This document shows, piece after piece, positions 11,888-38,400 of a DNA stretch of 64,000 nt; the first letter of the stretch is position 1; each line of letters begins with the position of its first letter. Below the pieces are notes generated by a model. The model was not told the origin of the DNA. It made no database searches and saw only the letters and a program-made list of their open reading frames with translations. Position numbers and translations under genes: made by a program. This DNA is from Ramazzottius varieornatus (taxonomy: Eukaryota > Animalia > Tardigrada): positions 7,988,448 to 8,052,447 of the forward strand of contig BDGG01000002.1 in NCBI GenBank assembly GCA_001949185.1, in the 5' to 3' direction.

Positions 11888-12248
11888 TTTAGGTTTCTTG
11901 TTCCGTAAATGACAGAATTTCCATTTTTTAAGTTTAACCGATATTTCTGATGTTTTGGATGTTTTTCCTGCGTGTAGATTATGCAACTCTGTGGACTGAA
12001 ATTTCAGTTATTGTTATCCGACGGAAGAAGAACCACTGCGATAGCCAGAAGACAAAAACCGGTAAAAGAAATATAAGCGGTAAATGAAAAGCAATTCTCA
12101 CCGATCCGTCGTCAGTTTGAACTTGGAAAGAATGGTAAAGGGAAAGAAATGCACAACTTCCGGCGGTGATCGAGCGAAACAAAAGGTATAAAATTGAAAT
12201 CTGTAAAATCAATAGCAGTCTGACTTCAAGCGACGGAACGAGCTAGGC

Positions 12249-14621
12249 TTATTTACTATCCAGGAACTTCTTCAAAACATCTTGCGTAGCGGGAATCCGC
12301 ATATACTCGTTACCTTCAAGGTCCTTCTCGCTTCGTAGAAGATCGTGGTCGTAGAACTCCACCAGCTGCTTGCGAAGCATGCCATCACTGCTGATGAGAA
12401 GTCGGCTGACGCACTTCCGGTACAATTGCTTGTAAGGGATACCTTTTTCTGAAAGGCAGACCACGTCAGTTACCAAGGAACACAATTCCGGTTGTTCGGA
12501 ACGGATTACGTTTCCACATACTTCGTGGAGGACCTTCGTGATGCTCTTCTTCCGGCGTTGACTGGTACAGCGCAACTTCCTCGTAGATCTTCCTGGCATT
12601 GGACGTAAGGCTTTGGAAGACCGTGCGCAGCGAAGCGAGTGACAGAGGGTTCGTCTTGGTTTTCTTGAAGGTGAGATCGGGAATGGCGAACTCTTCGTAG
12701 TGAGCCAGCGTCGGTGTGTCATAGTAGACCCATTTGAAGCGGCTGATGACTTCCTGACTCCACACTGCAGTAAATTACGCCACATAACAGCTGAAAATTT
12801 CAAATGCTGAGCACAAACGGGAGCGCGGCAAACAAACTCGATCAGTTCGTTCTCACGAGTTGCACACGTCTGCAGTAGTATTGGCTAAAGCGTGCGCCAC
12901 TTGCAAAACTGATCTTGTCGAGCTTGTTTGCCGAGTTTTTGATTAATTTCCTTGTGCACTTACGTAGAGGAAGGTTAGGGTTGTCCATACTGACGATCAA
13001 GTGAACGAAACGCAAAGCGGCTAGTCGGCTAAAGAGCTCCTGAGACTTCACGTTGCGAAGATTGGCACCGTCGATGTTATGCACCAGGATATACAGACCA
13101 TCGTTTTCTGAAATGGAAACAACATCTAAAATGATAGGTATAATCGTGCTGATGATTAGCAAACCAAAAACGACCGAAGCAAAAAACAACGCCCGGAAGG
13201 TAGGGTGATTTTACCCTTGGCAAATCTGCGAACAGCGACGAGCATCTCTTCGACCTTGGACGGGACCGGATCTGTTCTCACTACCTTCGCGCAGAACGTG
13301 CGTAAGTTCTAGAAAGCCAAGATGCCCATTAGACCATAAAGTTTAGTAAGAGGAATAAAGATGCTTACATCTTCCAGGTCGAACGCTGGCCGATAACCGT
13401 GAAGTTCCCATACCAGTTCCTCTTGCAGCCATTCATCACGGAAACGCTGTAGAAGTGCTCGCTTCGACCCCACACCGTGAAGAATGACATTCGAGTTCAA
13501 CCTGCAATAAAACCTCATTCGTCCAACCATCTCCAACAATAACAGCAATATTATGTTGTCCGAACTTCGTTTTAAATTTTGACGTACTGCTGGAGGAAGG
13601 AATGCCATTCCGAAAACTGCTTCGCGTATCGGTCCATCAACATTTCTTTCTTCTCCTTCCAAGGATCCTCAAGGCCTTCCAAAACAGCCTCAACCTGTGC
13701 TTGACTCATGTAAACATCCCGATCGTTGTCTGGCCCCTCAGGAATCCTTTCGGGTGCTTCCTCGTCTAACTGTTCGTTTGCGTCTTCCGCCATAGTCTCA
13801 TCTGCAGCTATTGCTGCCTCATTCGGAGCTTTTTCCTTTCGAGTAAGTTCTTGTCTGTTCTTTGCTGGAGGCTCATCAAACTGCAACAGGCGGACATAGT
13901 CGGCTGGATGTTAGCGAAAGGTGAACAAAAGACGAAAAAATGAGACGTTGGAATAATGGTCGTACATAATCGTTTTCCCAAGTGGCGCACACTTCCGGCC
14001 AATAAAGCTGAAAACGTGCGCCACTTGAGATAATAGTGATGTCCTATTACCTTCAAGGATTTCCGGACGCTGAACGATGGCCATTCTTCACCATCATCCT
14101 CGCTACCCTGCTCCTTATCCATCCCTTTTCCAAGCTGCGTAGGTGAGACATTGCTACGTCTGCGTCCCTTGTTTCGATCCTCGTCGATAAACTGACTGGT
14201 ACAAGAAGCAGTAGGCTCTTCGACGTCGCCTCTCGTGTTTGTGTCTCGTTCGCCATCTCCTTCATTCTGTGAATCCTCCTCATCACTTTCCTCCATCAGC
14301 CGATCATGAGCGTGTCTCCCTCTACGAGCAGGGGCTTTTCCATCAGACGCTTCGTTATCCATCGAGGCTGCCTTTTGTTTGGCATTCTTCGGTCGGGCGG
14401 CTGGAAGTTTGTCGATATTCTTGACTGGTTGTCTGGCCGGGACGGAATCCAACCCGATGTCTGAAGAAGCTTCATCCGTCTCGGAATGGTCCTGCAGTTG
14501 CGCTAGGCTCTAGAAAGGAACACACGACATGATTTTATTGATGGTCAATCTATGTACTGTAATCGACGGGCCTGTTAAGAATAATATTGTGGTTCACCTC
14601 TTTCGCAGTAAATCGAGGCAT
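12249..14621 (-). CDS. ORC2: Origin recognition complex subunit 2 (multi-exon; N-terminal exons less certain)
   Basis: NVILHGVGSKRALLQRF, LYILVHNIDGANLR..KSQ, HLIVSMDNPNLPL/LWSQ, YYDTPTLAHYEE, GIPYKQLY..C...LLISSDGMLRKQLVEFYDH. Likely ATG at 14621 (MPRFTAKE, then GT donor). Confidence 0.88.
12856..12903. repeat. Family A palindromic core (left arm degenerate, 24-nt spacer)
   Basis: CGAGTTGCACAC-N24-GTGCGCCACTTG with outer arms GGCAAACAAACTCGA / TCGAGCTTGTTTGCC; ORC2 intron 12765-12963. Confidence 0.8.
13979..14027. repeat. Family A palindromic core (perfect arms)
   Basis: CAAGTGGCGCAC-N25-GTGCGCCACTTG in an ORC2 intron. Confidence 0.92.
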
Positions 14622-14935
14622 TGTGGTGTCAAGGTAGATGCACCAAGACAGAGCACAAAATCACGATAGACTTCCCTGCCAACTTTCTACTAGGAGGGTA
14701 GAGGGTAGGTAACACGTTCCGGACGAGCGATAAATTGATTCGACGACGAGTCAGGTTGAAGCCCAGAAGGAAGACGCCCTAAAGAACAAATTGATACGGT
14801 AATCAAACGAAACTGAAGTGCAAAAGGCGGAAAGAAGTTTGTTGTGGTTTTCTACTTTATGGCGTACTTGCTTCTTCGGGCTGGTCAGGGCCGTCGGCGC
14901 GTCGCGGCCTCTATCGAATGTATCACGATTGCGCT

Positions 14936-14945
14936 GTGACGTCAC
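14936..14945. promoter_or_regulatory. CRE/ATF palindrome upstream of ORC2
   Basis: GTGACGTCAC about 315 bp upstream of the ORC2 ATG. Motif match only. Confidence 0.3.
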
Positions 14946-15026
14946 TGGCCAAGGCTGAGCACAGTGCAAACTGATCGTGACGTTGATACATCCGATACAG
15001 GCTGCGACGGCCCTGCCGAATAGAAA

Positions 15027-15185
15027 TTATGGTGAGTGGGCGATTCAAAAGTTCACGGCACTTTTACCGCGGGTGCANNNNNNNNNNNNNNNNNNNNNNN
15101 NNNNNNNNNNNNNNNNNNNNNNNNNNNCGCGCATGCACCCGCGGTAAAAGTACTGTGGACTTTTGAATCGCCCGGCTCACCATAA
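15027..15185. repeat. Inverted repeat of about 50 bp flanking a 50-N assembly gap (15078-15127)
   Basis: TTATGGTGAGTGGGCGATTCAAAAGTTCACGGCACTTTTACCGCGGGTGCA versus TGCACCCGCGGTAAAAGTACTGTGGACTTTTGAATCGCCCGGCTCACCATAA. Confidence 0.8.
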
Positions 15186-15199
15186 GAAATCGAAGAGCG

Positions 15200-15700
15200 A
15201 TGTCCACATCTCGAGCGAGTGGACTGTACAATGCCGGTCGAAATAGACGACATGATTCCCTCAACGAGTCTCTTCGACGTGCTCTGGTGCCCTGTCAAGC
15301 TCACGCGGTCTTGGAACCCAACGGTGTCCTTCGTGACGACAGCAAGAAGCGTCCAGATGGCATGACATTGGCACCGTGGTGAGAAGGTTGGTGGCCTCGT
15401 GGGGGATGTGACGTGCGTCGAAACCGTGTGCCAGACGTAGGTGGACGGATCGTCCCAGAACGCAGGATACGCCACAAACAGGGCAGAAGACCTCAAGCGT
15501 TCAAAGTACCAGATACTGCAAGGTAACTATTTCTTCTGTCCCGTCGGGTTTGAGACGTATGGAACCTTCGGACTTGTGGCTTTTAGCCTCCTAAAAATAT
15601 GGGAAGAACGATGGCAGAACACACAAGGGAAAAAAGATCATCCGAGTTTTTACGCCAGCGTGTCAGCATTGATATTGGCTAATGCTATTTTGCCCACCTT
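15200..15700 (+). mobile_element. Decayed 3' end (restriction-like endonuclease domain) of a CRE-like non-LTR retrotransposon
   Basis: RHDSLNESLRRAL...EPNGV..DSKKRPDGMTLAPW* and AEDLKRSKY..LQGNYFFCPVGFETYGTFG match the RH..N / RPDG / K..KY / P..ET.G pattern of RLE domains. Interrupted by stop codons and frameshifts. Confidence 0.75.
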
Positions 15701-15740
15701 TTGGGGCAAAAGAGGATGGAGGTCCCTTTTGGGGAGTATG

Positions 15741-15877
15741 GAGGTCCCTGAAAGGTCCACAATTTGGCCCTTTTTCTACGAAGCCTTTATGGAATGTCAG
15801 TCCGGATTGTGCCAGACACGGGCCTGACAAGCGACATCGTAGAAGAAGGGCCGAACTGCGGACCTTTTAGGGACCTC
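15741..15877. mobile_element. Family B fold-back element, most complete copy (137 bp)
   Basis: 41-bp imperfect TIRs (GAGGTCCCTGAAAGGTCCACAATTTGGCCCTTTTTCTACGA and its reverse complement) around a TGTCAG..GTGCC.GACAC..CTGACA core. Confidence 0.75.
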
Positions 15878-16826
15878 ATTACGCACGCGCCTTGCACAAT
15901 ATTATTCGGATATTTTGCCCTCCCTGGTATCCATCCCCTCCACTTATCAATCGTTAGTTCTCAAGAATCGAGTTTGAAGACCCGTGTTTGGAATTTAGGG
16001 GTTGCGGAAACGTGGTTCCAAAGGCACAGTAAACGGGCTAGCAGTCGTTCCAGTGGACACGCCGGTGGCGAAATCTAATTTAGTGCACGCAGCGGTGGCA
16101 GTGGCAGGTAGCGGTGGTCGCGAGGAAAAAATCAGTTTCATGGTGGTGTACAAAGGCCCCGGTAGACGAAGAAAACCCTTGCTCTGGACAAGAGCCTCCA
16201 AAATTTTCCCACAGGCTTTTTAACATTAGGGAAACCTCTCTTCCTATAAGAGTCGGCAAGAGGCTTCCTGTACTGTCCTATGTTTCTGGACCAGTGCGGT
16301 TGGATTTCACAAGTTCGTTTCTGTCCAATAGACCCAGAAGAAAGCAAAACGGCCCAGTACTTCGCGAAATCCCAACTTCGCCATGCGATTTTAAAATGGC
16401 AAGTCCGCTATGTTCACCTCGTACAACTTGGCAACCGTTTTCTTACATTTTTGTGGGTGTGGATCCTTCAAGTATTGAGTGCTGCAGTAACTTCAGAGAG
16501 AAGATCCTGACACAGACGTGTTTCTGTTTTATACGGCTGCACGGCAGCTACACAACCCAAAGAAGACACAACCCAAAGAAGGTGGTCCGCGACCATGTTT
16601 GCCGGTGGTCAAGAAATGCAAGAAAACAAACGGTACATGGAGAAGGCCTAGGGGCGGTAGGGGGAAAGTAACCGTATCAAAGTTAAACGGGAAGAGCCGA
16701 TGATGCGGTAGTCATCCTTGTCAGATCATAAGAAACGCAAGAAGCGTGAGAAGTACAAATACGATGAACATGTCGAGTAAATTCAGTGTTACTGTCTCTA
16801 AGCAGTCTCGTTGAAGATGGAAAATG

Positions 16827-31048
<14,222 letters not shown>

Positions 31049-31097
31049 CCTTTCATATCAAAACTTTTACGTATAAACAAATACCCAGTCCGCTTCG

Positions 31098-31123
31098 TGA
31101 TGATGATGATGATGATGATGATG
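31098..31123. repeat. (TGA)8 microsatellite
   Basis: Read directly; 50 bp upstream of the dynein ATG. Confidence 0.9.
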
Positions 31124-31221
31124 GGGGTAGTAAACGCTCAGATGTGAATGGTACGGCAGTCTGGATCCAGTAGATGCATCGTTCATCATCGGAGGAATCT
31201 GTCAGGGAAGAAGAGCACAGA

Positions 31222-31235
31222 ATTACCATGGGGAC
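31222..31235. promoter_or_regulatory. X-box (RFX site) upstream of the axonemal dynein
   Basis: ATTACCATGGGGAC fits RTHNYYWTRRNRAC, about 175 bp upstream of the dynein ATG. RFX control of ciliary genes is established. Confidence 0.55.
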
Positions 31236-32420
31236 TATACGCGAGGGAACAGTGGTCAACGTCGAACCGACGATCCTTCAGCGCAGACTCGCACCGACCG
31301 TTACAAAAACGCTCCACGTCAGGCTTTAAGCTCCCTGGATTTTTTCCCATTGAGAGAAGTGGCGGTACGGTAAGAGTTTTGAAGGTAGGGTCGTCCGGCT
31401 CTTCTAAACTTCTGAATGGATGATCGATCGAGGTCCCGGAAGTGACGATCGAGACGTGCAGTATTCAGCTCCATTCGTACTGTGGTGCACTCTCATACTC
31501 CTTTTCGACCTGAAGCTCGAGACAGGATGCAGACGTTTTAAGCTGAGATGTTAAAAACTGGAAAGGAAGTTCAACTAGAGTCCACAAGTCAACAAGGACA
31601 CTGGTCAAGTGGATGCTCATTGAGATTTGAGAGTACCGGACTTGGCGGGCGCCTGCGTGAAAAGAAACGTGTTGGACTTGTTGGCAAGCCCTAAGGGACA
31701 AACAAAGGCTTGCCGGAAATGAAACTGGTTCAGCCAGATCTTGAGATGCGAGATTGATGGAAGAGTTGTTGGACCAGTTCAGTTTAATCTTATCGCGATT
31801 TGACCACCTGTATCTAGATTACGGTATTGATGGACCTATACCGATGGATGATGCGGTAGACGGAGAGACTCTGATGGCGGAGGCTGCGGTGGCATCCAGC
31901 ATTGAGGGTGGAGTTTGTTGGACCAGTGTCCCAGTATACGCTCTCGTCTTGTCACCACCGTCTGTACGTGATAGAATCCAGTGATCGACTGACCTACTTG
32001 AGCTGGCTCGCTCTTTCGCTTGGATTTATTTCCGTCTCCGTTCCACGCTCTACTGGCAATCTACTGTGAAGCACGGCAGCATGCAACTTGTCGATCAAGA
32101 CTTGTCGGACTGTGAATGGGACACCATCTTCTTCAGCCTCCAGTCAACACGATCCTGTGCTAACAAGAGAAGTCGCACAGCTCGATCTTTCTCTAAGTTT
32201 CCCACTCGCCGTCTAAAGTGACTGCCATGATGCAAATAAGAACCAGCTATTCTTGTAATTAATTATGCTAAAGTAAGTTCTGATCACTCAACTTCAGTTT
32301 TGCATGCCTAATGTTCGGCTTCGATCGTTTGTCTATTCGTAGGTTGGCTTCAATCTCATGGTTCTGGTCAAGAAAAGGATAAAAATACGGTCCTGAATCT
32401 AGGCAAGAAAGATTGCAGTG

Positions 32421-35400
32421 ATGGAGGCTGTTTTCGTGACAGAACGAATCATCTGTAAGTTTATGCAAGCTTTGGTTTATGCTGCCATATTTTCAGTTAT
32501 TGGCGTTGTACATTTAGCTAGGCCGAAGTTGATTGCAGTCGTACCGTGAGAACAACGGGCATGCAAGAGACGTCGAATGTGAATCCGGTTGTTTGTTGCA
32601 GTGTTGTCGGCTGGGGAAGAGGTGAGCGATGGAGCTTACCGGCAGGCCATCAAGGTTATCTCGACCCAACTACTCCACGACTACTCAGCACAGCACTACC
32701 TCATCATCAACGTCTCCGAACCTCGCTCCGACCTCATCCGTCTCAACAGCAATGCAAGTACCTGGTTATCCCGGAATATTACAACGGGACCTAGCAGAGA
32801 CATTTGTTGAATATATATCGTTTAGGTGATGGATTACGGATGGCCGGCCAACGTTGCTCCTCCATTGGAACGACTATGTGCCATCTGCAAACAGGCCGAT
32901 GTCTTTTTCAATACCCATCCTCGCAACACCCTCATCATCCACTGCAAGGTTATTTCACTGCCTGTCTTCCGTCTTATCGGAAAAGGCTGCTTATGTACTT
33001 TCTGACAGAGTCGATGTGATGCTTCTAGGGTGGATTAGGACGAGCGGCGTTGGTGGTGGCCAGTTACATGCATTATACCTCCATCTGCGCCGTGTAAGTT
33101 TTCCCTTTTTCGTCCGACTTTTCCGAGGATGGTGTAAGGTGAAGGAACTGGCGTACATGTTCTCGGGTGGTGTTTTTCGCAGATCCAGTCAGGCCTTAGA
33201 TCGATACGCCATGAAGCATTTCTTTGATGAGAACCTGCGGCGCCATATTCTTCCATCTCAGCGGCGGTAAGACTGACATCTTTGCCCTGCTTTCCATCGA
33301 ACAAACACCCAGCTGCTGACTGTTACAGATATGTCCAGTACTTTAGCGGACTCTTGGATGGGTCCATCGCTATCCGCAACGAGCCGGTCTATCTCTGTGG
33401 CATCACCCTGGTGCAAGTGGCCAACTTTGATGGGCGAGCCGGCTGTCGTCCCTTCTTCAAGATCTACCAGGCTATGGAGCACGTCTGGACCTCCGAAGTC
33501 TAGTAAGTCTCTTCGCCCGGTCAAGTAGCCCTTCTGTTAATCCATAACTTATGGTGTTGCCATGTGGAAGTGTTTCTTCCAAGTGGCGCATTCTGTCAGC
33601 CAATAACACTGACAACATACGCCACTTGGGAAGCAATATGATGGAACTTTCGGAGTGGCGCAAGCTTTCAGTGATGTTGGCTGGAAGCGTGCGCCACTTG
33701 AAGGAACAGTCCTCATTTGAGCCATTTCACCATTGCAGTTCGCTGTCGGAGAGCGAAGGCCGGCGAGTTTTGTCCATCCACCTGCAGCCGGCGTTACAGC
33801 TGCGGGGTGACATTATGATCAAATGCTACCATCACCGGAAGTTGCGGCCAGACCTTAGGGACACCATCTTTCGCTATCAGCTGCACACGTGTGCTGTCCA
33901 AGGGACCGTCATCCTCTACAAAAGCGACTTGGACGAGGCCGACCATGGTGGGTGATCCTTGCTCTCGAGGTTTTCTGTATCGTCGATCCACTCATGCTTT
34001 TGCATGGTAATACAGACATCCGATTTCCGGAGGATGGTCGACTGGAGCTGGACTTTCGACGCTCGGCCGACGAGCACCCACCCAGCCAGGAAGGTGAGTT
34101 TAACTCTCGATACTAATTTGAGGCGGATAAGTTCGGCTGGCATCAAGTTGTCAAAATCACAGCAAGAAAGTCAAGACGCGGAAACACGCCCCTTTCGAAA
34201 TTTTACCGCTAATTAGAGCAGATTATTAGGGACAAAAATTACGAGCGGGCTTTTGGCTGAATGGCGCGAACCATCGAACGGTTGCAGTATATTTGAGCCA
34301 CTTGCTAATGTTAAGACGTACGCCAATGAGGTTGGACTGAGTGTAGTACGCTAACAGTGAAAGCTGACGTATACATAAGTTGCCTCTTCAGAACTATGGC
34401 TCAGCTTTCGCTTGGCGTTTGACTTTTCTCTGTTCTTTCACCCGCCCGCAAGCTTCCATGTAACTAACCAGTATACTTCTCCATTTCAGCTGATCACCAA
34501 AGTAACACCGGCCACAACCCTGCGAGCAGGCAGACGTCCGCACACCTGGGAGAGAGTGCTAGCTTCTCCTCCAGCGAGCCCGCCGCCGAGACATTTCCGA
34601 TTTGGCCCGACCTGGTTCCCTCCTCGGATCGTGGAATAATTGGCCACTCAACTTCCTCAACGGACACCGTTGATGGTGGTACTCGCTACTCACCACAAAG
34701 ACCCACTCTACTGCCTTCTTCACCTGCGGATGACCACGTCGTCTCCTCCCACGGTAAGCCTCGTTTACTGCAGTAGCTGGGAAGAGTGACCAAATTGTTT
34801 TCCCACGTGGCGCATATTTTTATCCAGTAATAATAGAGAGGTGCGCCACTTGGAATAACGATCTGGTGCAATACATTTGTCCATGTCACACCTGTCATTG
34901 GAGGGGTTAATGAAGGTCCTCGTTGGTGATCAACTCAAAGACGAAAGAGTCGTCTGGACATGAGGCGTTCGTGGCTTGTGGGAGGGAGTTGGTTTGCGTG
35001 AGTAAGAGGAAGGAGGCTGGACCATCGACATGGCTGCTGCGTCTTTCTTATGTAATCCATGTCTAAGTTTGGCCATGCTTGTGTGACGACGGTGGTGGAC
35101 GGTATTAGCATTACGCTAACTGTCTTGTATATCAATGAAGTTCCCTGGTGTCTCTTTGGTGTAGATGTCATTATTTGTGCCGGCTTGCACGTGCGTGTAC
35201 GGCGAGCCAGCCTTTTACCGATAACCAATGCACACGACGTTGGCTGCCTGGTTGCGCCAACTGAACAGGGAAGCTGCTGTTTGCCTACTAATGCGACTCG
35301 CTGGCGCGAACTAACAACCAGAAAGTGTGCGTTGTTTTGCATCACAAGAACCATTCGTCAGGCTTTGAAGAAAGGCCAAAACCTTTTCCCAGCAGCTGAG

Positions 35401-38400
35401 GTGGTTATGCGGACCGGAAGTGAAGGAAACTGGCTGACAGCATGCATTACGGCCACTTTTACTGCGCGCAGTCGAGCGTCCGTAGTCTCAAGCACAGAGT
35501 AGGGATTAAGACGAGTAATAACGATGGAAGATGTGTGTAGTGTAACTACTGTTGTGGAACCGTGAAGATGGCGGACAAATTGGGCTGATTGGCGGTTTTG
35601 AATGAAGTGCCCATTGTGGGTTCATAAGCAAGTGTACAGCTCCGTCTTCAGGAGAACTCTTGGGGGCAGCTTCCAGTGAAGTCACGCTCTGGATCACGAA
35701 CCCACCAGGACGGTTTGGACTCGGCGGCTTGGTACTTGCTGCTGTATACGCCCATGATTGATTTCCGTGTTTCGACCGCAAACACATTCGGTTTGGTTGC
35801 GCAGTTTTTATTGTAGACGCGTGCACTATTGAGACGTAAGAGGGTCAGATGCAATCTGTTATAACGAGCTAGTTGACAGTCTATCTCAAAAGCCAGTTTA
35901 TTAAAGAGATAGATTTACGCTGTGGCGCAAAGTGTCAAACGGTAGACAAGTGGCTGGCAGTGTAACAAAACTAACAAGGCATGCAGGCATCTTCCGCCTT
36001 CGTCTGCCTCGATCCTCCAAGGCTGACTAACCTCCCTGACTGTGTACTGCAAACCGGTTTGCGGCGCGGCATTTGGCGTTATGTCATGAAGGAAACGTGG
36101 GAATGATCAGCAGTGAAGAGTTTGTACAGCTGGCCAGATGTGCCTTGACGCATATGCCAATGGTTAAGAATAGCATGACGATGCAGCCCTGTCTTACCCT
36201 GACTGTAAAGTGCGAACGTGGCTTCCGGCGCCAACGTTCGGCGTGGCAGGCAGGCAACTTCTCCTGTTCTATCAACCACTATACACCAGGAAGACTCAGG
36301 CTGTCGTCTGTCTTCCCTACAGCAGTCACCACAAACAACTTCCGGTTGATGAATATGACACTGCCTTTTTCGGCGTCATCTTTAACGCTAGCCATTGCTT
36401 TGACTTTGTGATTGAAACAGTGCATACTGGCAGCCTCACACGTTTTGCTCGCTGTCTTCCCGTTCGATATGTTGGTCGACATGCGGGTGTGACTGAGGTG
36501 TGGAAGTTGGAAGGAGATTGAGCACAGTATGTTCGAGACGGTCGTGGCCGTGGATTACAGGATTGCATGAGCGGCGTTTGAGCTTTTGTATAGTAAGTGG
36601 GCAGACGAAACAGATGCCGTGATGATTGTTGCTTATTTTAATGTCTGCTTATGTTGGCAAGAATGAGAGTGACAGCAGGTTAAGGAGGAAGGCGCTCCGT
36701 CTGTGGCATATGCCTCGCTTGCAACGGCTGCTAATTGAATTAGCTTTGTCATACAGTTGCTTATTCCAAACTTGATATGCCTTGCAATATTATCACTGGA
36801 GTTACAGCTTGTTATTGTTATGACTGACAGATTCGGCGGACTACTGGGCGCGACCAGCAGCGCGTCAGCCTCCGTCTTCGGCCTACGCCAAAGTAACCCG
36901 CAAGCCTGTGGATCTCCATTATCAAGCCACAGAAAGGGAAGATCCTCAGCTGTCATCGCGCGATAGTCATCACAGCAGCGGAGAAGCGGTAACAAGCGGC
37001 AGAATGGAGACGTCTACTCGGCGCTCGCAATCACCGGGTGGCACCTTGAAAAGCGTCAAGTTCCGTGATCTGCCGGAAACCAAAGAATCACTGGAGCTGG
37101 AACAAGCAGCAGCTACTCTGGACCGACTGACACCTACCATCGACAGCCAGCAACGCCCAGCTCCTCTGACCAATGGCTATCATCTGCGCAGCGGCATGGA
37201 CGTTGTTGGTACGTCCCTGCCTTTCGTTTCAGGTCGCGAGTCCATTGGGGAGGTCGTCAGATGAGTTCGTTTACCAAGTGGCGCACTCTCTCGGTCAGTA
37301 GCAGGGCAGACGTGCGCCACTTGAGATAACCATCTGCCGAAAATGATTATTGGTCGACGTCCCATTTGCCTGCAGTGTACAAAGCTGATCGAAGTTGCAG
37401 TAGGAATTTCGTAGAAAAGGGCAGACGAGCGAGCTGAATTTTGTTCGAAGGGGGCTTTCTTGACTTTCTTCAATAGTATTATTATGGATGGTTTTCTTTT
37501 GCAGATTTGGATGCCATGCAGCCGGACTTTGACGAGCTGGACCGAGCTTTCGGTAGTCTGCAGTCGGAGAGCGAAAGTGTAGAGGGGGCAAATGAGAGCC
37601 GTCCAGTGACGGCTGCCTTTCGCCGGCAGGAGAGTAGGGAAAGCACCGGTGGTAGCAGAGGCGAGCGCCGTCGCGGCTCATACGGCACTTCCGGTCCTTC
37701 GCCCACTCCTCCATCCCCCGTACCCGAAAGCTCCCTCATCTCCGGCTATGTCCCGCATGACCGCAAAGGCCTGGCCAAGAAGTTTGGAGCCTTTACCTTT
37801 GGCCTACCCACTAGCAAGCCAGAGCTGAAGCCCGTCGATCACAGTCCCGACCCGCAACGCCGTCGATCTTCCGGTGACCATCTGCCCAACTACTCGTCCG
37901 ATTACGAAGCAACTTCTCAAGATGAGGCGGTCCAACAGGCACGCGACAGATTACGGCCCGTGCCGCAACCAAGTGGGTTAACATCAGGAAGTAAATTTTT
38001 TGAGACGTATGAGTTCGGTCATCAACGGCAACATTGGCTCAACAGGTCCGAAAAAACGTTGGCTCAATATTCAAAAAGCGTAATAGTGTGAACGCGGCGA
38101 CCCGAAGTCTTTTCGTGTACAGTTTAGCTCGAAGTTTTTGTCGTTCAAGGCCCATTTCGAAACGTGTAAATGCTACAAGCGAAGCGTCTTGACGTTTTAC
38201 TACGAATTCGGCAAAAGTTTCAGTTATCGACAAGAGTGTGGGAGGCAATATGACAGTTTATGACAGTTGTTTGTTATCAAGTCCAATGCATTAACAGTGT
38301 TATAATGTTTCAGGCAGTGGATCATCGCGTCGCAAAGCCGAGCAGGTCTTGTACAATTCGGCGGCAGATGCGGCTATGTCGCCCAAGCTTCGTGATGTTT

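Noticed and set aside
15995-16000. TTAGGG telomere-like hexamer
   Set aside because: An isolated single unit, expected by chance.
31754-31984. 76-aa ORF between dynein and tensin
   Set aside because: No recognisable domain and no supported splice to the tensin exons.
34105-34220. Weak inverted repeat in a tensin intron
   Set aside because: Pairing is too degenerate to call by eye.
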